Below are positions 8,487 to 17,505 of a stretch of 64,000 bases of DNA, piece by piece. Each line of letters opens with the position of its first letter. Position 1 is the stretch's first letter. The notes beneath the pieces were generated by a model that saw only the letters and a list, made by a program, of their open reading frames with translations, had not been told where the DNA came from and made no database searches. The stretch comes from Dehalococcoidia bacterium (GTDB taxonomy: Bacteria > Chloroflexota > Dehalococcoidia > UBA2979): contig CAXXDN010000002.1 of assembly GCA_963667465.2 (NCBI GenBank), positions 480,001 to 544,000 of the forward strand, read 5' to 3'. Position numbers and translations under genes: made by a program.

Positions 8487-10237
8487 TTGCCCCCGCCCGC
8501 GCGCCGCAGCGACTTCACGATCGCGTCGAGGATCGCGCCCACGTCGCGCCCGCCCTCGCTCGCCTGCGCGGCGTCGGCCGCTACGCCGGGCCGCCAGCGT
8601 CCAGAGGGCGTGAGCGTGGTGGTGTTGATCTCCTGGTGCCAGCCGCTCGCCACGTCCTCGAAGCTCACGTAGGCCTCGGCGTTGACGTAGCCCCAGCCCA
8701 CGTAGCGCAGGCGCGTGCCCGCGGGCACGTCGATCACGGCCCCGTCGCCGATCTGCCAGGCGCGCCCGCCCTCGATCACGTTGTCCGGATACAGCGTGGG
8801 GATGCCGCCCCCGCCGATGAAGGCGGGGCTGCCCTCGACCGCCGCGGAGGGGCTGCCCGCGAGCGTCCCGGCGACGGCGCGCAGCTGCCAGTGGTGGGCG
8901 TGGCGCACCCCGCCGGGGTTCAGCCCGCTCACGCGATGGCTGCGCGTCGCCGCGCCGCTGCCGGGCACGTCGGTCCACGCCCCCCAGGGCTTGAGCTCGT
9001 ACCGTTGCAGGCGCAGCCGGTACTGCCACTTGGTGACGCCCGCGGCGTCGCCCGTGGGGGTCCACTCGAGCAGCACCTCGCCGGCGTTGCCGGTCGTCAC
9101 GGCGAGCAGCACGGGCGCGGCGGGCGGGCCCAGCGCGGCGAAGCTCGCCGACACCGTGCGGTCGCCGTCCAGCATCAGCGCGCAGCTCGCGCTCGTCGCC
9201 GGCGTCGCCGCGCAGTCGCCGCCCCACGCCGCCAGCTTGTGCCCGTCCGCAGCGGTCGCCGTGACCGTGACCGCCGCGCCCGCGACGTAGCCCGGTCCGG
9301 CCGGGTCCGCGCTCAGGCTCCCGCCCGCACCCGCCGCGAGCGTCAGGGTGTAGGTCGTGGCCGTCGCCGTGGCGGTCGGGGTCGGGGTGGCAGTCGCCGT
9401 AGCAGTCGCCGTAGCAGTCGCCGTCGCGGTCGCAGCCGGCGTGGGGGTGGGCGTGGCGCAGTCCTTGATCGAGAGCTTCCCGAGGTCGTTGCTCGACACC
9501 TTGCGCAGCACGGGCGGCACGCAGCCCGTGAAGGCGTTGCCCGAAACCTTCAACGTCGAGAGCCCATCCAGGTTCGCGGGCAGGCTGCCGCTCAGCTTGT
9601 TGCCGTTCACGGTCAGGTGCCGCAGCGAGGCCGACTGACCCAGTTCCTCTGGGATGGACCCGCTCAGCTGGTTGCCGGCCAGGTGCAGCGCCCACAGCGG
9701 TGGGCCTGACCCCAACTCCTTCGGAATGCCCCCCGTGAGCTGGTTGCCGGTGACGTTCAGGTAGCTGAGCGCCTTGAGTTGCGCCCACTCCTTCGGAATG
9801 CCGCCCGTGAGCTGATTGTCGTTCAGGGCCAAGCTCACGAGAGCGGTCAACTGCGAGAGGCTGGGGGGCAGCGTGCCCGCAAGCCCCCTGTCGATGAGGT
9901 TCACGGTCGTGACCCGCCCCGACTGCACGTGCACGCCGTCCCAGCTCGCGATCGCGAGGTCGGGGCTCCAGTTGAGGGCGTCGGTGACCGTCCCCTCGAG
10001 GTCAGCCTGGACGGCCAGCAGCACGGTGCAATCCGCCACCAGGCCGGGATTGCTAGTCGGGTCGGGGACCGCCCCGTCCGTCGCGCAACCGTCGTCCGCG
10101 GCGTCCAGTGCCCCGCGCACGCCCGCGATCGTCAGCGCCAGCGTGAACAGCACCGCCAGTGCCAGCGTCAGGCCCGCCCCCACCGTGCCCACCAGGCCCG
10201 CGCCTATGAGTCGTCCGCCCCACCGTGTCCGCAGCAT
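8483..10237 (-). CDS. Secreted/membrane-anchored plant-type leucine-rich-repeat protein with TA linker, bacterial repeat and FN3-like domain
   Basis: Cys-capped N-terminus (CATDGAVPDP..GLVADC..LNWS...WDGV); repeats of LxLxxNQLTGGIPKE; poly-(AT) linker; FN3-like VLLEWT..WQYR..W..VPGS..SHRVSGL. GGAG SD before the ATG at 10237. Confidence 0.85.
   Translation of the reverse strand: MLRTRWGGRLIGAGLVGTVGAGLTLALAVLFTLALTIAGVRGALDAADDGCATDGAVPDPTSNPGLVADCTVLLAVQADLEGTVTDALNWSPDLAIASWDGVHVQSGRVTTVNLIDRGLAGTLPPSLSQLTALVSLALNDNQLTGGIPKEWAQLKALSYLNVTGNQLTGGIPKELGSGPPLWALHLAGNQLSGSIPEELGQSASLRHLTVNGNKLSGSLPANLDGLSTLKVSGNAFTGCVPPVLRKVSSNDLGKLSIKDCATPTPTPAATATATATATATATATPTPTATATATTYTLTLAAGAGGSLSADPAGPGYVAGAAVTVTATAADGHKLAAWGGDCAATPATSASCALMLDGDRTVSASFAALGPPAAPVLLAVTTGNAGEVLLEWTPTGDAAGVTKWQYRLRLQRYELKPWGAWTDVPGSGAATRSHRVSGLNPGGVRHAHHWQLRAVAGTLAGSPSAAVEGSPAFIGGGGIPTLYPDNVIEGGRAWQIGDGAVIDVPAGTRLRYVGWGYVNAEAYVSFEDVASGWHQEINTTTLTPSGRWRPGVAADAAQASEGGRDVGAILDAIVKSLRRAGGGK
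9175..9357. repeat. Direct repeat copy 2 (bacterial repeat domain inside the LRR gene)
   Basis: Matches 8081-8263 with a few substitutions. Confidence 0.9.
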
Positions 10238-10460
10238 CGGCTCCCGCCTCCGCCAAGCTCCGCAGCACCGCAGGCCTATGCCGCCTCTTGCGAACATAGG
10301 GCAGCGCTCGCAGATCAGCGCGCTCGTACTCGACGCTGCCGAACGAATGCTGTTGTACGGGGCGCCTCCCGCGGGTCGCACCCCCATGATCGCAGCAACT
10401 CATCCCTCTGGTGAGTTGTTCAGACCCATCCCTAAGGGTGTTGCGCCCTATGATCGGTGC

Positions 10461-11894
10461 ATGAGGTGGCGGGGCTCGCAACAAGAGTGGCCTGCGGTTG
10501 GCGCGGAGCCGGACGACGTTCCGCTCCTCGCGAAGCGCTGCCCGCGCTGCGAGGCGCAGATGCCGGCCGACAGCCGGATCTGCCATCAGTGCCTGACGAG
10601 CCTCAGCGACATCGCCCCGACGCCATTCGAGCGACCGCCGGAGGAGGCGGAGCCGACTGGCCTGCGGCGCTACCTGCGCCGCGTGCAGCGGCGCCGCGTG
10701 CTCCAGTTGCTCCTGCTCGCGATCGTCGCCGGGTTCGTCTACGTGCAGTGCTTCTGGCCCGCGCCCTCGCGGGACGAAGCGAGCGGTTCGCGATCGCTCG
10801 CGTCCGGAGCGGCCGTCTGGGCCGCGCCGGGCGCCGATGCCGGCGCGCGGCGTGTCAGCGAGGCGAGTCCGCCGCTCCGCGGAGAGACCGCCTGGACCCG
10901 CACGCTGGACTCGGAACTGACGGCGGCGCTCGTCACCGACGGGATCGCGATCTACGCCGCCCACAAGGACGCGCTGCTGGTCGCCTACGCGACCGCCGAC
11001 GGCAGCGAGCTCTGGAGATTCCCGGTGCCGGGCCAGCTCGACGACTCGCCCGTGGTCGCCGGTGACACCGTCTACGCCTCGTTGCGCAGCGGCTGGCTGG
11101 TCGCCCTCGACGCGCGCAGCGGCCGCGAGCGCTGGAGGAGCGACACCGGCCAGGACATCCTCAGCGGCCCGATGGTCGTGGACGGCGTCGCCTGGGTCGG
11201 CGGGCGCGGCGTGATGCTGGCCTACGACGCCGAGACCGGCGAGCTGCTGGGCGGCGACCAGTCCGGCGACGACGTGCTCGCGCTCGGCGGTCCCGTCCTC
11301 GGCGACGAGCGGGTCATCCTTCGCTCCTGGCGGCGCCTGCACTTCTTCGACATCGAAACCGGCCGCCACGAGTTTTTTGCGCGCTTCTTCCGCGCGAGGT
11401 ATGCGGCGGCGGGCTACGGCGTCGTGATCGGCGTCTCCGACCTCTGGGTCCTCGCCTTCGACGAGGACGTCGGCCAACCGTGGTGGGAGGGGCTGCGCAT
11501 GGCGTGGTTCTGGGCGGACCTCTGGGGGGTGGCCCCGCCGACGCCCGACCAGCCGTTCCGCTGGGCAGCGACGCTCGAATGCGCCTCGCTCGCGCCGGTG
11601 CTGCAAGCCGAGCAGGTGATCCTCTCGTGCGAGGGCGGGCGCGTGTTCGCGGCCTCCCTCGAGGACGGGCGCATCCTCTGGGAGCGCGAGCGGGATCCGC
11701 TCGCCGATGCGCCGGCGCTGATCAGCGACGGCCTGCTGCTGATCGAGGAGTCCGCCTTCGTCGTCCTCGATCCCGCAACCGGGGAGGAGATCGACCGGCG
11801 GGATCTCGACGGCGTGTCGATCTCGCAGGCGCTGGTCACCAGCGAGGGCGTGTACCTCGTGACCGCGGACGGCGAGCTGCGCGCGCTGCGCTGA
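10461..11894 (+). CDS. PQQ-like/BamB-type beta-propeller membrane protein with N-terminal zinc ribbon
   Basis: CPRC..CHQC, one TM helix, repeated LVAxDAxxGxExWR propeller blades. TATGAT lies 6 nt before the ATG. Confidence 0.8.
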   Translation: MRWRGSQQEWPAVGAEPDDVPLLAKRCPRCEAQMPADSRICHQCLTSLSDIAPTPFERPPEEAEPTGLRRYLRRVQRRRVLQLLLLAIVAGFVYVQCFWPAPSRDEASGSRSLASGAAVWAAPGADAGARRVSEASPPLRGETAWTRTLDSELTAALVTDGIAIYAAHKDALLVAYATADGSELWRFPVPGQLDDSPVVAGDTVYASLRSGWLVALDARSGRERWRSDTGQDILSGPMVVDGVAWVGGRGVMLAYDAETGELLGGDQSGDDVLALGGPVLGDERVILRSWRRLHFFDIETGRHEFFARFFRARYAAAGYGVVIGVSDLWVLAFDEDVGQPWWEGLRMAWFWADLWGVAPPTPDQPFRWAATLECASLAPVLQAEQVILSCEGGRVFAASLEDGRILWERERDPLADAPALISDGLLLIEESAFVVLDPATGEEIDRRDLDGVSISQALVTSEGVYLVTADGELRALR

Positions 11895-12015
11895 GCGCGC
11901 TCGAAGTCCAACCCGCAGGCCCCCCGGGGTCCCGCAATCACGTATTGTCGGGGGAAGGCGGTTGCGTGGCGGGTGGCGATGCGGCCCGGCCTGAGACGGC
12001 GGCTGGACAGGAGCC

Positions 12016-13704
12016 ATGGTCGAGCTCAGCGGCGGCGAGGCGCTCGCGAAGTCGCTCGCGCGAGAGGGCGTCGAGGTCGTCTTCGGGATTCCGGGCATCC
12101 AGACCTACGGGATCGTCGCGGGCCTGCGCGACGAGCCGGGGATCCGCCTGATCTCAACCCGCCACGAGCAGGCCACGACGTACATGGCCGATGGCTACGC
12201 CCGCGCCTCCGGGAAGCCGGGCGTTGCGCTGGTGGTGCCCGGCGTGGGCCTCTACAACGCCGCCTCCGGCCTGGCCACGGCGTACGCGCGCTCCTCGCCC
12301 GTACTCGTGATCGCCGGCACGGTCCCGCGGGGCGCGATCGGCAAGAACGCCGGGGCGGTGCACGAGGTGCTGGACCAGGCCGATACGGTGCGCTCCGTGA
12401 CCAAGTGGCAGCGTGCGGCGATGAGGCCTCGCGAGATTCCCGCGGCCGTCGCCGAGGCCTTCAGGCAGATGCGCAGCGGCCGCCCCCGTCCCGTGCTGAT
12501 CGAGGCGCCGCCCGAGGCCGGCGTGGAGCGGGAGGACGTGGAGCTGTGGGATCCGGCGCCCGTCTCGCCGATCGTGCCGAGCCCGGACCAGCTGCGGGAG
12601 GCGGCCCGCGTCATCGCCGAGGCCCGCCTGCCCGTCATCTACGCGGGCGGCGGCGTGGCGCGATCGGACGCGGAGGACGCCCTCGTCAGGCTGGCAGAGG
12701 CGACGAACATCCCCGTGATCACATCGAGCGGCGGCAAGGGGACGATCCCGGATAGCCATCCGCTTGCGTACGGCTCCTGCTTCAGCCCTCGGGGCGAGCG
12801 CCAGGAGATGAACCAGCTGTTCGAGGTGATGCAGTCGGCGGACGTCGTGATCGGCATCGGCGCGCGCTTCTCGCTCGGCAACCCGGCGGGCAACACCTCC
12901 ACGCTTGTGAACATCAACGTCGACGACAGCGAACTGATGCGGGTCCAGTCCAACACGATCCCTCTGCACGGCGACGCCAGTGCGACCATCGAAGCGCTGC
13001 TCCCCTACCTCGATGAGGCCGGGGCGGGCGATCGCCCCTCGCCCGCCGAGGCCGTCGAGGCGGCGCGCAACCTGATCGCGTACTACGACATCCGGCGGCA
13101 CGAGCCGCAGTACCCGGTGCTGGAGGCGATCCAGGGCAGCATCCCGGAAGACGCGTTCATCGTCTGGGACGTCACGCAGTTCGGCTACTACGCCCGCACG
13201 CATTACAAGGTGAACCACCCGAAGACGTACATCGACTCCGGCTATCAGTTCAACGTCGGCTACTCGTTCCCGACGGCGCTGGGAGTGAAGGTGGCCCAGC
13301 CCGATCGCCCGGTGGTCTGCATGGTTGGCGACGGCGGGTTCCTCTTCAATGCGTCCGAGCTCGCTACCGCCGTCCAGTACGGGATCAACGTCGTGACCGT
13401 CGTCTTCCGGAACGACTCCTACGGCAACGTCGCGCGCGATCTGGACCTGGCGTTCGGCGGCGCCTACGGGACCGACCTGCATAACCCGGACTTCGTGAAG
13501 TTCGCCGAGTCCTTCGGCGCGGTCGGGATGCGGGCGGCCGATCCGCTGGAGCTGGAAACGCTGCTTCCGGAGGCGCTCGAGCGAGACGCCCCCGTGATCA
13601 TCGACGTGCCGTTCGGCGACATGCCGATCCCGCGCGCCCCGCAATTCGCGCCCGTCTATCACCTGCCCTGGACGCAGCCCCAGGATGGGCTGATCGAGTC
13701 CTGA
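12016..13704 (+). CDS. Thiamine pyrophosphate-binding enzyme (acetolactate synthase large subunit-like)
   Basis: GVEVVFGIPG, RHEQATTYMADGYAR, GDGGFLFN...N TPP motif. AGGAG SD. Confidence 0.92.
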   Translation: MVELSGGEALAKSLAREGVEVVFGIPGIQTYGIVAGLRDEPGIRLISTRHEQATTYMADGYARASGKPGVALVVPGVGLYNAASGLATAYARSSPVLVIAGTVPRGAIGKNAGAVHEVLDQADTVRSVTKWQRAAMRPREIPAAVAEAFRQMRSGRPRPVLIEAPPEAGVEREDVELWDPAPVSPIVPSPDQLREAARVIAEARLPVIYAGGGVARSDAEDALVRLAEATNIPVITSSGGKGTIPDSHPLAYGSCFSPRGERQEMNQLFEVMQSADVVIGIGARFSLGNPAGNTSTLVNINVDDSELMRVQSNTIPLHGDASATIEALLPYLDEAGAGDRPSPAEAVEAARNLIAYYDIRRHEPQYPVLEAIQGSIPEDAFIVWDVTQFGYYARTHYKVNHPKTYIDSGYQFNVGYSFPTALGVKVAQPDRPVVCMVGDGGFLFNASELATAVQYGINVVTVVFRNDSYGNVARDLDLAFGGAYGTDLHNPDFVKFAESFGAVGMRAADPLELETLLPEALERDAPVIIDVPFGDMPIPRAPQFAPVYHLPWTQPQDGLIES

Positions 13705-13740
13705 TCGATTGCCCGGGTTGGTCCGGCCTCGCCGACCGGC

Positions 13741-13935
13741 CTACCAGAAGCCGATGCGGTAGCTCAGGCCGCGGTGCGTGTGGCCCCGTGCGCCCGCCTT
13801 GTCGAGGCGCTTGAGGTGCTTGCCGCAAAGCTCGATCGTCGTGCGCTCGAGATCGTTGGGGTCGTCGCGCCAGCGTGCGACGGCGACCTCGCGCACGGGC
13901 CGTACGGTGCAGAACTCGCAGCGGGGGAGCGGCAT
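13741..13935 (-). CDS. Small putative zinc-binding protein (64 aa)
   Basis: CEFC...LCGKH ligand set, GC3-rich codons, TACCAT 6 nt before the ATG. Confidence 0.65.
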   Translation of the reverse strand: MPLPRCEFCTVRPVREVAVARWRDDPNDLERTTIELCGKHLKRLDKAGARGHTHRGLSYRIGFW

Positions 13936-14018
13936 TGGGCAATGGTAGCGGGGTCCGCGGCCGGTGTCGCACGCGCCCCGTCCCGGCTGGGGCTCGTCCC
14001 GGCTGGGGCGCCTCGCGC

Positions 14019-15107
14019 TCAGGCCCTGCGGATCAGCATCACGCCGTCGCGGATGGTGAGCAGTACCTGCTTGACGCGCTCGTCCGCGGCGACGTGCGCG
14101 TTGAAGGCGGCCATCCGCTGGCCGGACCGCGACTCCGGGTTCACCACACGCCCGTTCAGCAGCACGTTGTCGACCGCGATGATCCCGTCCTCGGCGAGCA
14201 GCTCCAGCGCCGCCTCGTAGTAGTCGATGTACGGCTCCTTGTCGGCGTCGATGAAGACGAGGTCGAACGGCCCCTCCAGGGTCTTGAGGGTCTCGGAGGC
14301 GGGGCCGACGCGAATCTCGATCTTGTGGCCGTCCGGGCCCTCGTCGGCGTACTTGCGGGCGACCGCGGCCGTCTCCGGGTCGATCTCGCAGGTGATGATT
14401 TCACCGTCGCCGGGGAGGGAGGCGGCCATCATCTGGGCGCTGAAGCCGGTGAAGCAGCCGATCTCCAGTACGCGCCGGGCGCCCGAGGCCCAGGCGAGGA
14501 ACTGCAGCAGCCCGCCCTCGATCGGGCCCGAGAGCATCAGGCCGTACTCCAGCTCCTCCAGCGTGAAGCGGGAGAGCTCGGCGAGGTGCGGGGGCAGCGG
14601 CGTGGTGTGCCGGCGTGCGAACTCCTCGATCTCCTCGGGCACCAGCGTCAGCAGCGTGTTGCGAGGGCGTTCGGCCGCGTCCGGCGGCGGCCCGTCGCGG
14701 TCGCGCGGCTCGCTGCGAGCGCGGAACTGGATGCCCCAGTGCCCGTCGACGTTGGTGACGATGTAGATGATGTTGCCGGAGAGGTAGCGCGCGCCGTCCT
14801 CGCCGTAGCGGCTCCAGTCGACGCTGAGACAGACCTTGTCGTCGCGCGTCCAGATCGGATGGATGCGGTCGAGGCTGCTGCTGTGCCAGCCCTGCCCCTC
14901 GCGCAGCCGCTCGAACGGGGACTCGAACTCCTCGGGTGTCGCGCGCACCTCGACGTGGCCGGGGAAGAGCGAGACGTGCGGGTAGTTCATCGTCCCGTGC
15001 AGCGTCGCGAGGTCGCCCTCGCTCCAGGCCTGGTAGAAGGCCTCGACGGCGGCGACGGCGGCGACGGCGGCCTGTTCCGCCTCGGCGCGCCCGCCACCGT
15101 CCGTCAT
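14019..15107 (-). CDS. SnoaL/NTF2-like domain fused to a class I SAM-dependent O-methyltransferase (caffeoyl-CoA OMT family)
   Basis: N-terminal AVEAFYQAWSEGD; C-terminal VLEIGCFTGFSA, FDLVFIDADKEPY, DNVLLNG, LTIRDG. GGAGG SD. Confidence 0.85.
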   Translation of the reverse strand: MTDGGGRAEAEQAAVAAVAAVEAFYQAWSEGDLATLHGTMNYPHVSLFPGHVEVRATPEEFESPFERLREGQGWHSSSLDRIHPIWTRDDKVCLSVDWSRYGEDGARYLSGNIIYIVTNVDGHWGIQFRARSEPRDRDGPPPDAAERPRNTLLTLVPEEIEEFARRHTTPLPPHLAELSRFTLEELEYGLMLSGPIEGGLLQFLAWASGARRVLEIGCFTGFSAQMMAASLPGDGEIITCEIDPETAAVARKYADEGPDGHKIEIRVGPASETLKTLEGPFDLVFIDADKEPYIDYYEAALELLAEDGIIAVDNVLLNGRVVNPESRSGQRMAAFNAHVAADERVKQVLLTIRDGVMLIRRA

Positions 15108-15173
15108 GCGGCCTCCGTCCCGAGGGGCGCGCCCGCGCCCGTTGCGGCTAGCTGTTCTTCCCAGGACCTACAG

Positions 15174-16871
15174 CTAGCCCCGCCGCAGCTCCTCGATGCT
15201 GCGTACGGGCTCGCCGTGGCGGTTGGTAATCGCGACCGTCTGGGGGAGCGACATGTCGCCGAAGCCCGGCATCCACGAGGAGTGCTTGCCCGGCCCGCCG
15301 GCGACGATGATGTGAATCGACTCGCGGTTCGCCGCGATCGGCAGCCGCGAGTCCTTCAGGAACGTCGGCGTCTCCGGGTCGATGCGCTCGTTGATGTGGT
15401 CGATGAACTCCACCGAGAGGTGGTCGGCGGGGAAGCGGGCCAGCTCGAAGATGTGCTCCCGCATCTTCTCGCGGTCCCAACCGTCGCCGGCCAGCACCGC
15501 GGCGTGCTCCGGCGTGACCGCGAGCAACGTGTCCCCGCGCGCGAGGATGTTGTTGCTGCCCGCCTGGCCCATGGAGCCGACGACCGTCTGCATGATGCCG
15601 AGGCCGGTGTTGCTGCCGTGGTCCTCGATGTTGTGCGGGGCCTCGCAGGCGTAGACCGTGACGGTGCTGTCCTCGGCGCTGAAGCCGCGCGTCGTCTGGA
15701 ACGGCGCCCAGGGGCTTTCCGCCTCATTCTCCGCGAAGCAGAAGGTGAACTTGGCGGGCGTGCCCTGCGTGGCGCGGTCGCCGAGGCCGGGCGTGGCCCC
15801 GCCGATGTTGAGCTGCACCAGGCGCAGCGCCCGCCCGAGGGTGGCGTTCGTCTCGAAGGTGGGCCCGAAGCAGCCCATCCCGCCATGCGCGCCGATCTCG
15901 CGGGCGATCGGGCCGTTGAGCAGCATCAGCACCGTGTTCGGGTGCGTCGTGGCGTTGACGCCGCTGACGTTGAACTCCTCGCGGCCGATGCCCTGCACGG
16001 CGGCGACGAGCGCCGGGAACATCCGGGGCTCGCAACCGGCCATCACGGCGCAGACGGCGGTCGCCTGGACCGTCGCTTCGCCGCGCCGCGGCGCGATCAC
16101 GCCGAGCACCTCCAGCGGGTCGCGATCGCAGTACTCGAGCATCGCCTCGACGCGCTCCTCGGTGGGCGCGATCACGGGCAGGCCGTCGGACCAGGTGCGG
16201 CGCGCGAACTCGCGGCGCAGCGCCTGCTCGTCGGCAGGCAGGTCGACCATGACGTTCGCGCGCCCGAGGTCGCTCGCGGCCGCGGCGCCGCCGGCGCCGT
16301 TGGCGCGCGCGCCGTTGCTGCTCGCGTAGGGCTTCGTGAAGGCCTCGATCAGCTCGCCGGTGACGGCCTGGGCCTTCGGGCCCATCGCGTCCGCGTGCAG
16401 CCCGCCGATCGGGTGCGAGACGACGACGTAGCGCAGGTCCTTCAGACCGCGCTGCTCAGCCTCCAGGTGCAGCAAATCGACGAAGGCGGGCGTGGTGACG
16501 TTGACGGTCGGGATCCCGAGCTCTTCGAGGACGATCGCAGCGTGGACACTCCACGCGGTGCAGGATCCTCAGTCGCTTGTCCCGACCAAGGCGAAGTCGG
16601 CGCTCTCTTTCATGCTGTCGACGATGCGCTGAATCGGCGGGCCATTGGAGGGCTTGCTCTCCACGACCGGCGCCGAGGCGAGCGAGACCGCGCCGGCGAC
16701 CTCGCCCATCATCGCCTCCAGCAGGGCGCGGGCATTCATCTTGCGGTTCGTGAGGATGCCTGGTCGCAGGCCCTCGAGGCTCTGCGGCCGTGCGGCCGGC
16801 TGGACGGGGATGATGCGCGGGTGACCGGTCGGGTCGTAGACCCGCGTGGTGGTGGCGGCGACTGTGGTCAT
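15174..16871 (-). CDS. UGSC-family selenoprotein (Sec at codon 101) fused to a conserved DGLP-motif hypothetical domain, 565 aa
   Basis: ORF 16569-16871 ends GTSD-TGA and continues in frame as GSCTAWSVH...GIPTV...HPIGG into ORF 15174-16475 with no other stop, giving the U-G-S-C motif. Confidence 0.85.
16529..16568 (-). promoter_or_regulatory. Putative bacterial SECIS element
   Basis: Directly 3' of the UGA: GGATC-CT-GCA-CC-GCGTGGA-GTG-TCCACGC-TGC-GATC-GTCC. Perfect 7-bp upper stem, G-starting apical loop 19 nt after the UGA. Confidence 0.7.
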
Positions 16872-17029
16872 GGGGCTGTTCCTTCGCTGCTGGTGCGGCC
16901 TGCGGCATGCGGGGCGCGGCTGCGCTCCGTGCGCCCTGCCGGCGCACCCCTGCCGTTCCCTCCCGTTCTACACCGGAGCGGGCGCTGCTCACAACACGCA
17001 AGCGTATCGAGGGCGGCCCGCGTGCGGCG

Positions 17030-17366
17030 CTACCCGGGCATGAGCGTGAGGCAGTGGTCGAGGTAGCGCTGCACAGCCCTCGAGCCGCTCCTCCTCGAAA
17101 TCCGTTGCCGGGCCGACGCACAGCCAGCCGCGCAGCGGGCGCCCGGTCATGTCCATCGGCTGCGCGAACCGTTCGCCAGGGGCGTCCTCGGCATCCTCCG
17201 GCGAGAGCCGCGCGATCAGCTCGGAGCCATGCACGCCGCAGCACATGTTGCCGCTCGCCATGAAGGCGCCGCCGCCGAACATGCGCTGCTCGCGAACCGC
17301 GGCGGCGTCGCCGAGATCGGCAAGCAGGTCGCGCACGCGCTCGGCGAGCGCCTCGTCGCAGGCCAC
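17030..17366 (-). pseudogene. TfoX/Sxy N-terminal-domain family protein, frameshifted near the C-terminus
   Basis: MACDEALAERVR...EQRMFGG.AFM..GNMCCGV...MDMTGRPLRGW. The typical tail (VQRYLDHCLTLMPG*) is in another frame after ~17076. Confidence 0.7.
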
Positions 17367-17505
17367 GGTGGCTCCCTCCCCGGATCGCGGATGACGATTG
17401 GATGATACGGGGGGCACGATTCGGCTAGAGTGACCGACGGGGGCCGGCGCGATCCAGTAGGCGCACCCTTCTGGAGGTGGCCCGATCTCCGCACCCCACG
17501 ATCCC

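Noticed and set aside
8265-9460. Short tandem repeats (GTCGCCGTGGCG / GCAGTCGCCGTA) as a possible CRISPR or non-coding array
   Set aside because: They encode Thr-Ala/Thr-Pro linkers in frame. There are no unique spacers and no cas genes in the window.
11895-12015. Possible TPP riboswitch before the TPP-binding enzyme (contains CTGAGA)
   Set aside because: The other conserved elements are absent and CTGAGA is too close to the start codon.
13875-17066. Very long ORFs antisense to real genes (e.g. 13875-17066 +, 17689-20841 -, 50585-53644 -, 10053-12098 -, and the 5' parts of 38959-42465 + and 39439-43092 -)
   Set aside because: These are shadow frames typical of high-GC DNA: Arg/Gly/Ala-rich, no motifs, and opposite well-supported genes.
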